In this document: positions 23,767-43,889 of the stretch, piece after piece
Layout of the letters: each line of letters opens with the position of its first letter
Numbering within the stretch: the first letter of the stretch is position 1
NCBI GenBank assembly: GCA_039096225.1
Contig: JBBPEB010000023.1
Span: 62,001 to 126,000, forward strand
Direction of reading: 5' to 3'
Source: Blastocystis sp. Blastoise
Lineage: Eukaryota; Protista; Bigyra: Opalinata
DNA: 64,000 nt
Translations under genes and position numbers: made by a program
Notes under the pieces: generated by a model
Databases searched by the model: none
What the model was told of the DNA's origin: nothing
What the model saw: the letters and a program-made list of their open reading frames with translations, nothing else

Positions 23767-25440
23767 ATGAATAACTCTCCTAGTTCATCAGATCCAATTG
23801 ATTCTTCTGTGATTCCCATTGAAACTGCGGATAAGCAACAAGATATGAAAGATCCACAAGTATCAGAGACTGTTTCTATAGAAATGAAAACCGTAGTTAC
23901 AGCTGAAATGAAAGAAGATGCTTTAGTGAACAAGAACGAATCATTGACTCCATCTACAACTCGAACTACACAGAAAGATTCTGAGAAAAATATAGAGCAA
24001 TCACAAAAATCAAATAAAGGATTGGAACGTGCAAAATTCTTAGGATCAGCTCCTCTTGTGTCAACAGTATGGAAATTAACATATCCTGATTTTATTGCAA
24101 AAATTGTAACTGCTTCTTTTTCATTTGCAGATACTATTTATATAAGTAATTTAGCTGGAGATACAGCAGAAGAGCGTTCTCTTGCACTTGGTTCTGTAAC
24201 TATTTCTCTTCCAATTGAACAAGCTTTACAAATGGGATTAGCACTTCTTTTTGGAAGTGGTTTTTCATCAACTTTAGGTCGATTTCTTGGTGCTCATAAT
24301 AAGAATTCTGCTGAACAAACATTAGGAAATTTATATTTTTTAGATATTTTATGTGGTATTCTCTATCCATTAATTATTATTCCTCTTCTTCCTTATATTC
24401 TTCAATTACTTGGTGCTTCAGAAGAAGCAGGTACTTTAGAAATTGGTAGACAATATATTATGATATATTCTTTAGGTTCTATATTAACAAATTTTATGAT
24501 AGGTAATAATAATTTAATTCGTGCAGAAGGTCAATCTTTATATTCTGCAAGTACTATGATCGTGGGTGGTGTATTTAATATTCTTTTAGATCCAGTATTT
24601 ATTGCTGTATTAAGTCTTGGTGTAAATGGTGCTGCTATCTGTACTTTAGTTGGAAATCTTATTTCTGTGCTATTAGGATTTGCTTATTATGCTTCAAGTA
24701 AAAGTGTAGTGAAATTTCATTGGAATAATCTAAGTCCAAATTGTTCTATAATAAAAGATGGTTTAAGTGTAGGTGTATCTGGTTTTATTATGACTGCTTC
24801 AACATCAATTGTATCTATTGTATTTAATCGATTAATGATCCATTTCTCTCCTTATTCTCCGGATTCTATACAAACAACGGAACTTGTTTCTGTTCTTGGA
24901 GCACTTAGTAAAATATATTATTTCTTCTTTATGCCATTACTCTCTCTTTCTCATGGTATTCTACCTATTTTAGCTTTTTGTAAAGGAGCTAATATTCAAC
25001 AACGATTTATGAACTCATTAAAAGTATGCTTAATTAGTGCTTTTATTGTGAGCTTAATTCTGCTGATTATTGGTGAAAGTTGTGCTGAATTATTAGCGAA
25101 ATTATTTTCTTCTTCTCAAACTTTTATAGATACTTTCTCCTATAGTTTACGATTTATGATTATGCTATCTCCTCTTAGCTCGGTCTTTTTCTCTGTTCTT
25201 CCCGCGCTTCAAGCTACTAAACAAGGATTATTCGCGGGAATCCTAGCTTTCTGTAAAAACTGTTTCTTCCTTATTTTATATGGTATTCTTTTCTGCTATT
25301 GTCGCGGGGATTATTGGGGTATTTTCTATGCATATCCTGTCAGTGATATCACTAATTGTATAATCTCTATAATTGTCTATTTTGTAAAACGAAATACTTT
25401 TGTTGTTTCTCCAATCAAAAAAGAAACTCATTCTTCATAA
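23767..25440 (+). CDS. MATE family efflux transporter, bacterial MepA-like, intronless
   Basis: 557-aa single ORF with ~12 hydrophobic segments. LGSAPLVSTVWKLTYP..ADTIYIS and NNLIRAEGQSLYSASTMIVGGVFNILLDPVFIAVLSLGVNGAAICT are typical of the bacterial MepA-like subfamily. Confidence 0.9.
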   Translation: MNNSPSSSDPIDSSVIPIETADKQQDMKDPQVSETVSIEMKTVVTAEMKEDALVNKNESLTPSTTRTTQKDSEKNIEQSQKSNKGLERAKFLGSAPLVSTVWKLTYPDFIAKIVTASFSFADTIYISNLAGDTAEERSLALGSVTISLPIEQALQMGLALLFGSGFSSTLGRFLGAHNKNSAEQTLGNLYFLDILCGILYPLIIIPLLPYILQLLGASEEAGTLEIGRQYIMIYSLGSILTNFMIGNNNLIRAEGQSLYSASTMIVGGVFNILLDPVFIAVLSLGVNGAAICTLVGNLISVLLGFAYYASSKSVVKFHWNNLSPNCSIIKDGLSVGVSGFIMTASTSIVSIVFNRLMIHFSPYSPDSIQTTELVSVLGALSKIYYFFFMPLLSLSHGILPILAFCKGANIQQRFMNSLKVCLISAFIVSLILLIIGESCAELLAKLFSSSQTFIDTFSYSLRFMIMLSPLSSVFFSVLPALQATKQGLFAGILAFCKNCFFLILYGILFCYCRGDYWGIFYAYPVSDITNCIISIIVYFVKRNTFVVSPIKKETHSS

Positions 25441-26781
25441 TATATATATATATTTTGTTTTTTGTTTTTCAAGTATTCATTTTTATCTTTATTTGTTTTT
25501 ATAAATGTATATTCTCTTTTCTATAGTAATGCCATTATTTCTGTATTTTTTATGTTTTTTTAAAATAGAAATGTTTTGTTAATATCATCGATGTAGTATT
25601 ATATTGACATATGATAGTTATACATGAAAAAATGGAGTTATTTGAATATATATTATTAATAAAATATTTAAAGATGTACTATATAATATCTTTAAATAAT
25701 ATTTCAAGTGTTTATATTATGAAAATGCTTATGATTAAAATAGTTGTGAGTTATTCTTTATTCTCAGGAGACTCTTTATATAATGAAATGATTAAAAGTA
25801 CTCTTTTTAATCAAATTAGTGTTTCTCTTCATATTTTCAAATTATTCTTATTTCGCCTTATAACGAAAAAAAATCTATCAGCATAGCTTGCATTTCTAAC
25901 TGTATTGTAAGTAGTTAATTTGTTTCTTTACATATATAAGATAAACATATGTATGTATCTCTATTAAAAAAGTTTTTCTATAAAAAATATTTACTCTGTT
26001 ATGTCAACAAACAGACAAAAGTTGTTAACAAATATAGAGTCTATCTTCATGCCATTCATATTATGGGTTAACTCTGTTCTCTATAATTGTTTCATCAATT
26101 TTATCAATTAGTTCTTTTTAGATATTAATTTTTTATTCACTGTCATTCATTTATCCTTAATTTAATCATAGATACTTTTCTACGATAATATCACTGTGCA
26201 AATAGCTTAATAATGAATAAGATATTTCTTTGTTTTTATTCTCTTTCAAAAAATGATTTTATCCATAAAATCAAAATTATTCAGATCTTGTTAATCATGT
26301 AAAAGACAACGACCACACATAAAATGAAAATCTAAAGCCATGACATTCTATATCATTCAAATTTCATCTTTCTTGTTGACTAATACATCATATATATCTT
26401 TCTGTCATTTCATGTTTGCAGAATCATAGATATATTAATCCATAATGTTATGACATACAATAAACAGTCCACGATTCATCAAGAAATACCATAGTGTTTA
26501 ATAATTATTTTTTATTTTATCATTGTTAAGTATATAATATATCATAATTTATGTTTCATTTCTATTCAATAAAGGAAATCAAAAAAATAAGAAATGTAAC
26601 TTTTATTTTTGAGTTATTTCTGGAAAAACACCTTAAATAACTTTTTATCCATAAAAACACTCTGATTTCTCTTCTTGAACATGTTTGACTTTTTTATTCA
26701 GTTATTTAATAAAGAGAAGTATGCTTTTAAATTTAATTGAGTTTTTATTATTAATAGTCTCTGCTGTTTATAGTTAAGTCA

Positions 26782-27251
26782 ATGGTGTCTCCTCAAAGGA
26801 AATCATCTGAAATTTCTGAAATTTCTGAAATTTTAAACGGAATCAAGATGGATATTATACGTCTGATCGATACATTGGATAAAATCCCATGTTCTTCAGG
26901 TGAAACAAAAAGTATTCTAAATGGGATGCGCGAAGAACTTTATAGATTAGATCCGAGAAGATATCCAGCTCAATGTAAAAAAGAATGATAGATATTATCA
27001 ACGATATCACACAATTGTGTAAAGTAAATATTGAATATTGTGAAAATCACAGTAGTTTTTTTGGTGTATCAACATTTGCTGGTGTTGCTACTCTTTTTAT
27101 AAAATTCTCTCTTGGTGCTATTGCTACTCCAATTATGCTTGTAGGAACTGCATGCTACACCGTATCTCGAGATAGCTATGAAGATGCTAAAAAACAAGCA
27201 AGAGTTATTTATTCACACTTGACACAAATCCAGGTTGATTCAGATAAATAA
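26782..27251 (+). CDS. Small unknown protein split into two ORFs (68 aa + 88 aa) overlapping by ATGA; possibly one frameshifted gene
   Basis: Both ORFs have coding-like composition. The junction is TGT AAA AAA GA ATG A, and one extra A in the A6 run would fuse them. The second ORF has a hydrophobic Gly/Ala-rich segment. Confidence 0.55.
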
Positions 27252-27900
27252 ATTTCAAAACAGTGTATATTTATTCTTTCTAATCTATTTCTTGTATATA
27301 TATATTATTATTTTTATAATTAAAGTCATAACGTAAATATATACTAATTCATTTTCTATTCTATCTATATATAACATATTAAAATATAAAAATGAATAAA
27401 ATTAGTTTAGTTTAAAAAAAAATATTTTAATTCTTTAAAAAAAGAATTCATATAAATATTTTGTTGATGAAAATAAAAAGATAATTTTATATTACATAAT
27501 GACTATAATTAAAAACGTAATTCAATATCCTTTGAGACTATATATTAAAAAAGCAAGAATAAGATTAAAGAAAATAAATAAGAGTTCCCCTAAATATCTT
27601 AAATAATCTATATTTAATGAATATATGATATCAAAATACCTGATGATCATCCATATAAAAAAATAATTCTTCATAAAAATGTTGATATTGAGTATGAATT
27701 GAATGATGGTCATTCTGTATATCTAATGAATATCTATTAGCATAATAAATCATAAATTTAAGCATGAAAAAGAAAGAAAAGAAAAAAATAAACTGAATTC
27801 ATTTTCATTTCAAAAAAGAGAGAGAAAGAGAAAGAGAAACAGAATTCAAAGGAAAATTTAAAATAAATTAAAAAATCTATAAATACATATACTACATTTG

Positions 27901-31102
<3,202 letters not shown>

Positions 31103-31461
31103 GTTTCAATTGAGTTACAATAAATTAATTATTGTTTTTAATATCATAGATATTTTTTATAAAAGATTTCTTGTTTTAAAAAATATTTTTTATCCTGTTA
31201 TTATTATGGAATTAGAAATAGAAAAGAAAATTATCGTTTTGCTTTTAATTTTATTTTATTTTTTTGATCTAAAAGAAGTATAGAATATGTTATAGATAGA
31301 TAATAAAGTAGAAAATAGTTGAAATAAAATAATAATAAAAAAATAATAAAAAATGAGAATAAAAATAAATAAATATAATGAAAATAAATTCTTTTTTCTT
31401 TTTTCAATAACTATCTATTAATTCTTTTTTTTTCTTTTTAAAAATCTTAATAAATATATTA

Positions 31462-33483
<2,022 letters not shown>

Positions 33484-33990
33484 TAGAATTATATATATAT
33501 ATATATATATATATTTTCATTATTCATTATTATATAAATCTATTTCATTTCAATATATTATATTTATAGTTTTTATAATGTACTATAGTAATAATATTAT
33601 AATATATATTGTTTTTTGTTTATTTAACTATTCAAAATATTATAGACATAATCATTATTCTTTTAATATTCATTGAATAATATATAAATGACTTATTACA
33701 CGTTAAACTATATAAATTTAAAACAAGTAGTTTACCTTCTTTAGTTATGTATATTAAAATTGGCATGATTACAATTGATTTCACACTTAATGTGAATATT
33801 TTTATGTATTTAAAATGACTATGAAGTATATATAGAATAGTTTATAAGAGAAATCTCTGTAGATTCTACACTCAAAAATATTATTAGTAGTATACAATAC
33901 AAGGAAAACTATATATTAAATTGACAAACAAACAACGTCAAAACGACTTAATACTTATATATATATTTATTAAAAAATATATAAAAAAAT

Positions 33991-35039
33991 TTATTCTTCG
34001 AAGTGTTTGCATGTATTTAGAATTCCTTTGAAGTTGTCCACGTGACAAGGAGGAGGTGTCATCGACTTCCAATAAGAAGGAATTAACGATAAAATCTATA
34101 TATTAATGAATAGTTATAGAAACTAGTTATATATAAAGTATTGATGTATGAATAGATATATATACATAATTGCAAAACATTTTTCCTCTTGGTTTATATA
34201 TATCATTTAATATATATATTTTGAGACTTCTCTGAAGTTTGTCAGTTAATGGAGAAATTAAAAACATCATTTGATCATCTGTAAATATATCTTTAAATTT
34301 TAATATAACTGTTATTAATTGTATAGCTTGTGAATAATGTCGTTCAATAATTTCTTCTTCAGTGATATCCGTACAACGAGACACAAAAACATTAATATCA
34401 TTTACAAATAATTGTAAACGTAAATAAATACATAAAAATAAATCCTATTTATAAAAAATAATAATAATGAATATATATATATATATATATACTTTAGAAA
34501 TAGCTTCAGAAATATTTTCAGCGATTAATGTATTTAATAGATTTAAAATTGAGTCTGTTTGAGCAGATATGAAGGGATTATACATATATGTAATATCATC
34601 TTTAATATAAGGAATAATAAGTATTTTAAATAACTCAGGAATAATTTGTTTATCTTCTTCAATAGGTGTATTTTCAATATATAATTTCAATTGATTCATA
34701 AATTCCATATCTTTTAATTCTGTTTGTGAAATATCCGCGGGGAGAATCCCCAGAGGATCATAATGTGATATATCAATAGAAAGAAGTGGTAATAGAAATG
34801 AAGGAAGTGATTGAGCAATATAAAGTGTTTTATAACTATAATAATAATAAGTATAATAAACACAACGAACATGATTATATATATATATATATATATATAC
34901 TCTTCAGGGTATTGATTACGAAGTGTTTTGAAATAATTTAAGATTTGTTCATAATCGCTGAATTGTTCTGAAACGTCTTCTAAGACTGAATCTAACGTTG
35001 AAAAATGATCTTCTATATAATAATAATAATAATAAAGAT

Positions 35040-35120
<81 letters not shown>

Positions 35121-37264
35121 CATAAAATAATAATTTTACCTATTTTTGATATTAAAAGAGAGTATGTTTGTTCATTATTTATAAATAAAGTTTCAAAAAG
35201 TGACAAATAATCGCGAATCTTTATTGTTAATACTTCATTTCCAATGGAATTTACCTTCTTTTGACGATATACTGTATCTAAATAATCGCGGTTATTTGGA
35301 TTTCTCAATTGTTTTCCATCTTTTGTATAATATAATTCGCTCTTAAAGAAAACTCCTAAGGAAGTCTGCAACTCTGTTGGGGAGGGATATATATAATCAG
35401 GACCTTAAAAATAAGGGATATATATGTATGTATAATGATTATAATCCATAAAAAATGTATAGATATGCTAGTAAAAATAATTATAATAATATATATAGAT
35501 ATACTTTCTCTTGTAATAAGAGCTTGCTTGGATTTTAATAGATTCACATCATCCTCATTTTTTAAGTTCATTTCAGTCAGGAATTCAGCATCATATTGTT
35601 TCTTTAATTGAGAAATACCATTAAAAGCTTGAAGAATTGTGGGTCTTTTCTTTGTATAACAATGACTGAATGCTTGTATATATTGTTGTAACTCTTGTGT
35701 ATATATATATTCTTCATTAATTTGCACAATATCTTTTTCAATCGTTTGTTCCGATATATTTAATTGCTCCAAATCATTCTCTAAACGACGAATATCGCGG
35801 GAATTATTATCATATATATTTTGATTTGTAACTAAATTCTTTCTTAATTTATTCATAATCTTCTCATAAGACACCATCGTTGGTATAGTCTCCTCTTCTA
35901 TATATAATAATAAACGTAATAAAGATATAATAATAAACATAATAAACATAATAAAGATAATTAAGATATAATAAAGATAAAAAACATAATATAATAATAT
36001 ACGTTGTCTAGATTGATTATTATTATTATTGTAATTATTATTATTATTAGCAGGAATAAATACAGCTCCTCTTCCTCTTTCTATCATTTGTTTCTCGAAT
36101 TTATTTAATGAGAATTCATCGCTGTCACTCGAAACATCTTCCTGTGGAAGAAGGGGAGGTGAAGAAGGAATAACTCTCTCAGGTAGGGATTCATTATCTA
36201 TTGTTATTAGTATATATATAAATATAATGAAAATATTCGTATCATAGAAAACAATTATAAAAAATAATAATATTAAAATAATAGAACAATATAATATATA
36301 TATATACCATTACTATTTTCATCTTCTATATTCATATTATTTGTATTATTATGAATAGCAGTAGTAAAATGAATAATATCTTTATTTTTAGGTTCATATT
36401 CATCACTTTCAGAACTACTTAAATCATCATATCTATTTAAAAGATCTTTTCGAAGACTTATATAATCTTGATTCGATTGTAAACCATCTTCAGCATTTTC
36501 ATCCTCTTTCAGCTGAGCTTGAGACGCCTGAATCTGGCGTCGATACGCTTTAGTTTGTTCAATCTCTTCTTTAGAAGGGAATCGAGGATCTCCTTCTCCT
36601 TCTCCTTCTTTTTCTATCTCCATATCATCAGTAATCGCGATAATCTCATCTTCGGGAGGATTCTCCTCAAACTGTCTTCTTTTCTCATCAAGGATATCTT
36701 TTATATAGGATTGATGTATATTTGGCTTGATTGTAGGACGTTTTGGCTGATCCATCTGAATACCACCAGACTATAATATACAAATAATAGTAACTAGAAA
36801 ACAACTATAATTTAGAAAATATATATATTTTAGAATAACAAAAAAATTTAATTCTGAATATTAAACTGATTTGCTTAATATCATAATATTAAACTTAGTA
36901 TCTATATACAATCTTCTTCTTGTCTCTATAAAAAGAAATAGAAAAATAATAATAGTGTCAAAAAAAATAGAATATATTGATAAATTAAATAATAATGTAG
37001 ATACCTTTCAATTCGAGATTTGAAATGACGACTCTCTTTAGTCTTTTTATCAATAAAATTTGTATCGGCCTACATAAATTACGTTTTAAAATTGATTATT
37101 CAATATACATCTTCTTCAAAGGCAAGTGCTTGAATGGGCTCTGATAATTTTGACTTTTTAGTTGTAGGTGTAGGAAGAATGATGTCTGGTTCTTCATCAC
37201 TTTCTTCTTTTTTGTGTAATACTTCTTTTGGACGAAACCCTTTTCTTTTCTTAAACTGATTCAT
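33991..37264 (-). CDS. GCFC-domain protein (PAXBP1/GCFC2/Ntr2-like spliceosome disassembly factor), multi-exon
   Basis: FPSKEEIEQTKAYRRQ, FEKQMIERG, QELQQYIQAFSHCYTKKRPTI and VLEDVSEQFSDYEQILNYFKTLRNQYPEEYKTLYIAQSLPSFLLPLLSIDISHYDPL match the remembered GCFC blocks in order. Confidence 0.8.
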
Positions 37265-37871
37265 AGTGGACTAACAATTCAATTAGACTTCAATAAGATG
37301 AATTTTATTTTAAATATTATTTCTTTAAAAAACCGTGTTTTTTTGAAAATGTTCTGGTATTTTTAGAAAATAATTAGTTTTTGATTTATTGTTTGTTTAT
37401 TTTATGTTACGATACAATAGATATTTCAATAATATATAATTGATCATCTATAAAATTAAGTATTATAATGGAATACTATAAATGAATAATAAACATACAT
37501 TATATGGTTTTCATCATTTTTTATTCACTATCAAGTAGCTAAATGCTCTTTTTTAAATAATCTAATGATAGTATATATTTTAGGAAAATAAATTATCTTA
37601 TCATGAAAAGAAAACTCAGCCAATTTTAGAATATACCATATTAGTTTGTTTGAATCACTTCTAATTAATTCTTTTATTCAAATGGTTGAAATATATATAA
37701 AAACTTTCAGGATTCTCATTATAAAAGCAAGAAATAGTTCATAGATTGAGAAACGAATAGTAAATTGTAATTAATTGTACTTTTATAAATAGACTCGATG
37801 CAATATGATTAAAAAGAGAAAATTTAGAAAAAAAAATATAAATAGAGTAATAATAGAGTTCAAGAAAAAGT

Positions 37872-39174
37872 TTAATATTGTTGAGATTGTGTTTGTTCAA
37901 AGGATTGATTAATCGATTGACTTTTATCTGTAGATAATTGACTTGATTGAAATTCTTCTTCAGGAACACCGGGTTGAGTGTCCAAACATAATACATATCG
38001 TTTCAATTTCTCATCTTTTGACCAATTCACAGTAGAGCTACCAATTATATTCATAAATATATTTCGTAATATTGTGTTTTCCTCTGTTTTTTTATTTATT
38101 TTTTGTAATAATCTATAATATATGTATAGTGACTTATATATAAAAAGGAGATAGAAATTAATTAAAATAATACGTTTCTTTTTGTTGTTGATGACTTGTT
38201 GTTGTTTGTATATTATGAAGAGAATAATTGATTGCCTATATATTATTATTATTATTATTATAATAAATAAAGGATAGAAACAATAATAGTAAATATTAAT
38301 ATATATATATACAGTTATAGAGGTCATTAATTCTTGATTTTCATGTATATATTGATGATTTTGATTGGATAATTCGTTATTATTATTAATAATATTTGTG
38401 TATTCATTTGATAAAGATAATAAAGTCTCTTCTAACTGTAATTTTCTTTGCAACAATATCTATATATAGATGTATAATGAATGTATTTGAAAGAAACTAT
38501 ATACATAAATAATATATAATATATACATAAATCTCTTCTTCAAGTGGGGTTCTTGTCGATTTCTCTTGAATATATCGTGAAATCTAAGGTAAAAAAAATA
38601 ATTAAAAAAAATACAAATAATACAAATAAATGAAAGTAATTTCTTTACATGAGAATTAACAAGGGTATTTGCTATATTTTTCACTTGCTCTATTTCTTTA
38701 GTTGAATCTAGAACTTGTTCTTCGTATGTCTGAATAATATCTTCAAGATTCTCTACTGATTGGTCTATATGGATCAATTAACATTAAATTTGAATAAAAG
38801 AAAACTTTTTTTGGTATATTAAATAGAATACCCTTCCTTTCCATATATATTTGTCTTGTATTTTCAATTTCATAATCATTTAACTGTGCTTCTAACCATT
38901 CTTTTTTTTGAGCTTGTTTTTTGAACTCCTATATATTCATTTTATTATGATAACTTGCTATTTATATAAATAAATAAAATTACAAAAAGTATATTGTTAT
39001 TTGTTTTGGGTAAAGCAGGAAATTGAAGAGCCGTCTACAGAAGATGATATATTTCATGGACTATTCATCATATACGTTTTTTATCTTATTGCAAATATCA
39101 TTTATTTGATTATAGGATATAGAATTCTTGATACAATGACGATTATGTATTTAAATGAAGCATACATTTTGCAT
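37872..39174 (-). CDS. CENPH: CENP-H-like coiled-coil kinetochore protein, multi-exon
   Basis: Long predicted coiled coil ending ILRNIFMNIIGSSTVNWSKDEKLKRYVLCL, which resembles the CENP-H C-terminal IQHVFQNLILGSKVNWAEDPALKEIVLQL. ATG at 39174 reconstructed over short introns. Confidence 0.7.
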
Positions 39175-39439
39175 TTTTGATAAGTAGACAAAATAAAGTA
39201 TTGTTTAAAAATAAAATAATGAGAAATCTATTGCTGATAAGGATAAATACAATAAATTAAAAATTTGAAAACTAAGAAACTATTGACCCCACGTATAGAC
39301 GAGAGTAGTCGTGGAGATTTCGTAATTATGACTAGAAAAAAATATCATTTCTTCGAAAAAGTTTAAATAATAATATCGATTTTTTCTTTTTCAAATTAAG
39401 TTTTTATATTAATTATCATAGATAAAGTATACTAAAGCG

Positions 39440-41201
<1,762 letters not shown>

Positions 41202-41727
41202 TATATATATATATATAATATATATATTATTTTTTTTATTCTTTTCAATTTTTATTCTATACATTTTTGTATTGGCTCAATTGTTTTTTTTTCTGATATT
41301 TTCTGCTTTATGTTATATATATTTGTTTCAAAATACTGTTTTTTTAATGAATTCTATGTTTGTAATTGCTTGTAAAATTTAATATCTATTTAAACATTAT
41401 ATTTTTTTATGCTTTAATCATTTTTCTATAAGAAGACGAGAAACTGAATAATATAAAAGTTATTATTATATTAATTTGTCAATTATTTTGATTTTTAAAA
41501 TAGTATTCACATAAAAAGTATTTAAATAATAAAAAACAAATTGAGTTATTATATATAAACAAGAAAGATTAGTAAATATTGTAAATAAATAAATAAATAA
41601 AAATACACAATAGACAATATAATAATAATTTTTTATGACAAATATTCCATAATATTTTTTTTGAACTAGAATTGGCAGAATAAGATAATTTTATATAATT
41701 AATTATATATAGATATTCTTTTATTGA

Positions 41728-42478
41728 TTAAAAACACTTTTTTATAACAGATAAAAAGACCGAAAATGATTTTTTAATTATCGCTATAATCACTATATAT
41801 ATAGTAATAGATGAGATATAATATATATATAATTATATATATATAAATACATGTTGTAAAGGCACTTCCTGCAGGGAATGCCTGAATAGTATAATAGAGA
41901 AGGACTAAGATCTATAATATATATATAATATATAATAAATAATAAATAATAAATAAATAAATAATAAATAATAAATACATATATACCTGAACAACTGTAC
42001 TAATGAGTGTACCAATATAACTTTTAGCATATATAGCAAAATATAATGAAAAAAATAAAGAACCAAAATAAGCAATGGTTGAAATAATCTGATCTTGGCT
42101 GAATAATTTCTTTAGATATTCTTGAGGTCCATATAAAATAGCAAAAGAAGCTAAACCAAGTAAAGAACCAGCAGTGAAACTAATTCCAAATTTTGCAGGA
42201 CGAACAAGTAAAGTGGGTAATCCAATAAAATAGGCAAGTAAGAAGAATACAGCAGAAATACCAATACATAATATAAACTCCTTCATCTTATCTTTCATTT
42301 CTGTAACTTTCTTTCCGACGCCTGAGATTGAACCCATTAAACCTTGAGATTCAACATCTGTTATATCGTCACTAGATCGAAGAGGATTCTTAAACCAACT
42401 ATTTGTAGCAGCAACAGGCTTTGGATTTTCATCAGTCTGCTGATTCTTATACCAATCATTAAAATTTCTTCCTGACAT
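41728..42478 (-). CDS. SFT2: Got1/SFT2-family vesicle transport protein, 3 exons
   Basis: LLVRPAKFGISFTAGSLL..ILYGPQEYLKKLFS..TIAYFGSLFFSLYFA..STVVQILVLLYYTIQAFPAG, with four TM segments. Confidence 0.9.
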
Positions 42479-42610
42479 GATATAAATAATTTATATTTCA
42501 AGCACTAATCTATATATGAACAAATAAATTAAACTATTATTGATTCATAAGGTGATATACTATTATATTAGACAAAAAATGTGATTCAGTAAAAAAATTA
42601 AAAAAAAAAT

Positions 42611-42745
42611 TGTTTTCAGTGTTCGCAATAAAAACTCTCTTCGGATACATATTTCCTAGAGGAGCCAGTTCCATGGGTACTTTTAGGGACTCAAGGCGTG
42701 AATAAAAACTCTCTTGGAGTACAGACCGTCTCCAAGGACAATTTG
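42611..42745 (-). repeat. Copy of a GC-rich 74-bp-period dispersed repeat, upstream of SFT2
   Basis: ACTCTCTT recurs at 42634 and 42708. The minus strand reads AAGTACCCATGGAACTGGCTCCTCTAGGAAATATGTATCCGAAGAGAG, which aligns with 62038-62086 on the plus strand. Confidence 0.8.
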
Positions 42746-43131
42746 GCATTTTTTTTGGAGAAAAAGAAGAAAAATTTCTCAGATTTTTCTTTTCAGTCAA
42801 TTTCCAGTTCCCCTGTGTTTAACGTATATATGTATTATGGAGAAAGTATTTATATTCCTTTTTTATTGTGATGAAAGATATAAAATAAAAGTCATTAGTG
42901 TTCTATAATATATATAAATAGGACATGAAAAGAATGGGAATAGACTGTTTGATGGTTTGTGATATATATATAAGTATATCTGTAATATTAATAGTTGTAT
43001 ATATATATCTTTTATGGTTTTTAAAAAGAAGAAGAATATATACAACACAACAACTGAATAATTGAAAACATAGAATAAAGAGAGATTCATACATACTCAT
43101 ATAATTTTAATAGATCATAATAATTTTGATT

Positions 43132-43314
43132 TTATTCATTTATTTTCAGTTTTTTACTATATAGAATAGTTATATTATATATTACATATTTACTTTGATA
43201 AATTGATATTCGAAGAAGATTCACGTTTATTCGTATTCATGACATTCTGAGGCGATTCAGCAGGAGTCAGATCATTTTCAGATAACTGAATATCTTGAGA
43301 AGTCTTATTGAATA

Positions 43315-43377
<63 letters not shown>

Positions 43378-43417
43378 CAGTTTTCTCTTTTCCAGGACAA
43401 CATGATGTTAATCCTAT

Positions 43418-43491
<74 letters not shown>

Positions 43492-43854
43492 TATATATAT
43501 ATACCTGGTAGAATATGATTTTCTTCTTTTTCTTTCTGCCACATCAGTATACTCTTATTTATAAATGATATATATACAATATAAATAGGTAATTTTATTG
43601 CATCATTCACTTTTTGTGTTCCATTTCTCATGGCTATTAAATGAGTAGTTTGAGGAGTAATAGCAGTCTCACAAATTCCTCCATATTCTTCAATTTGTTT
43701 CCATAAACTACAATTATGCCAATCTTTTCCCAAGGGAAATATGCCACTGAATGAGAAAACACATCCTTTAAAAACATTTCGATGAATATCTCGAATAACC
43801 GCGGGAACTGATCGAAAATGAGTAGTTAACTGTTTCTTCATAACTTCTTCATCC

Positions 43855-43889
<35 letters not shown>

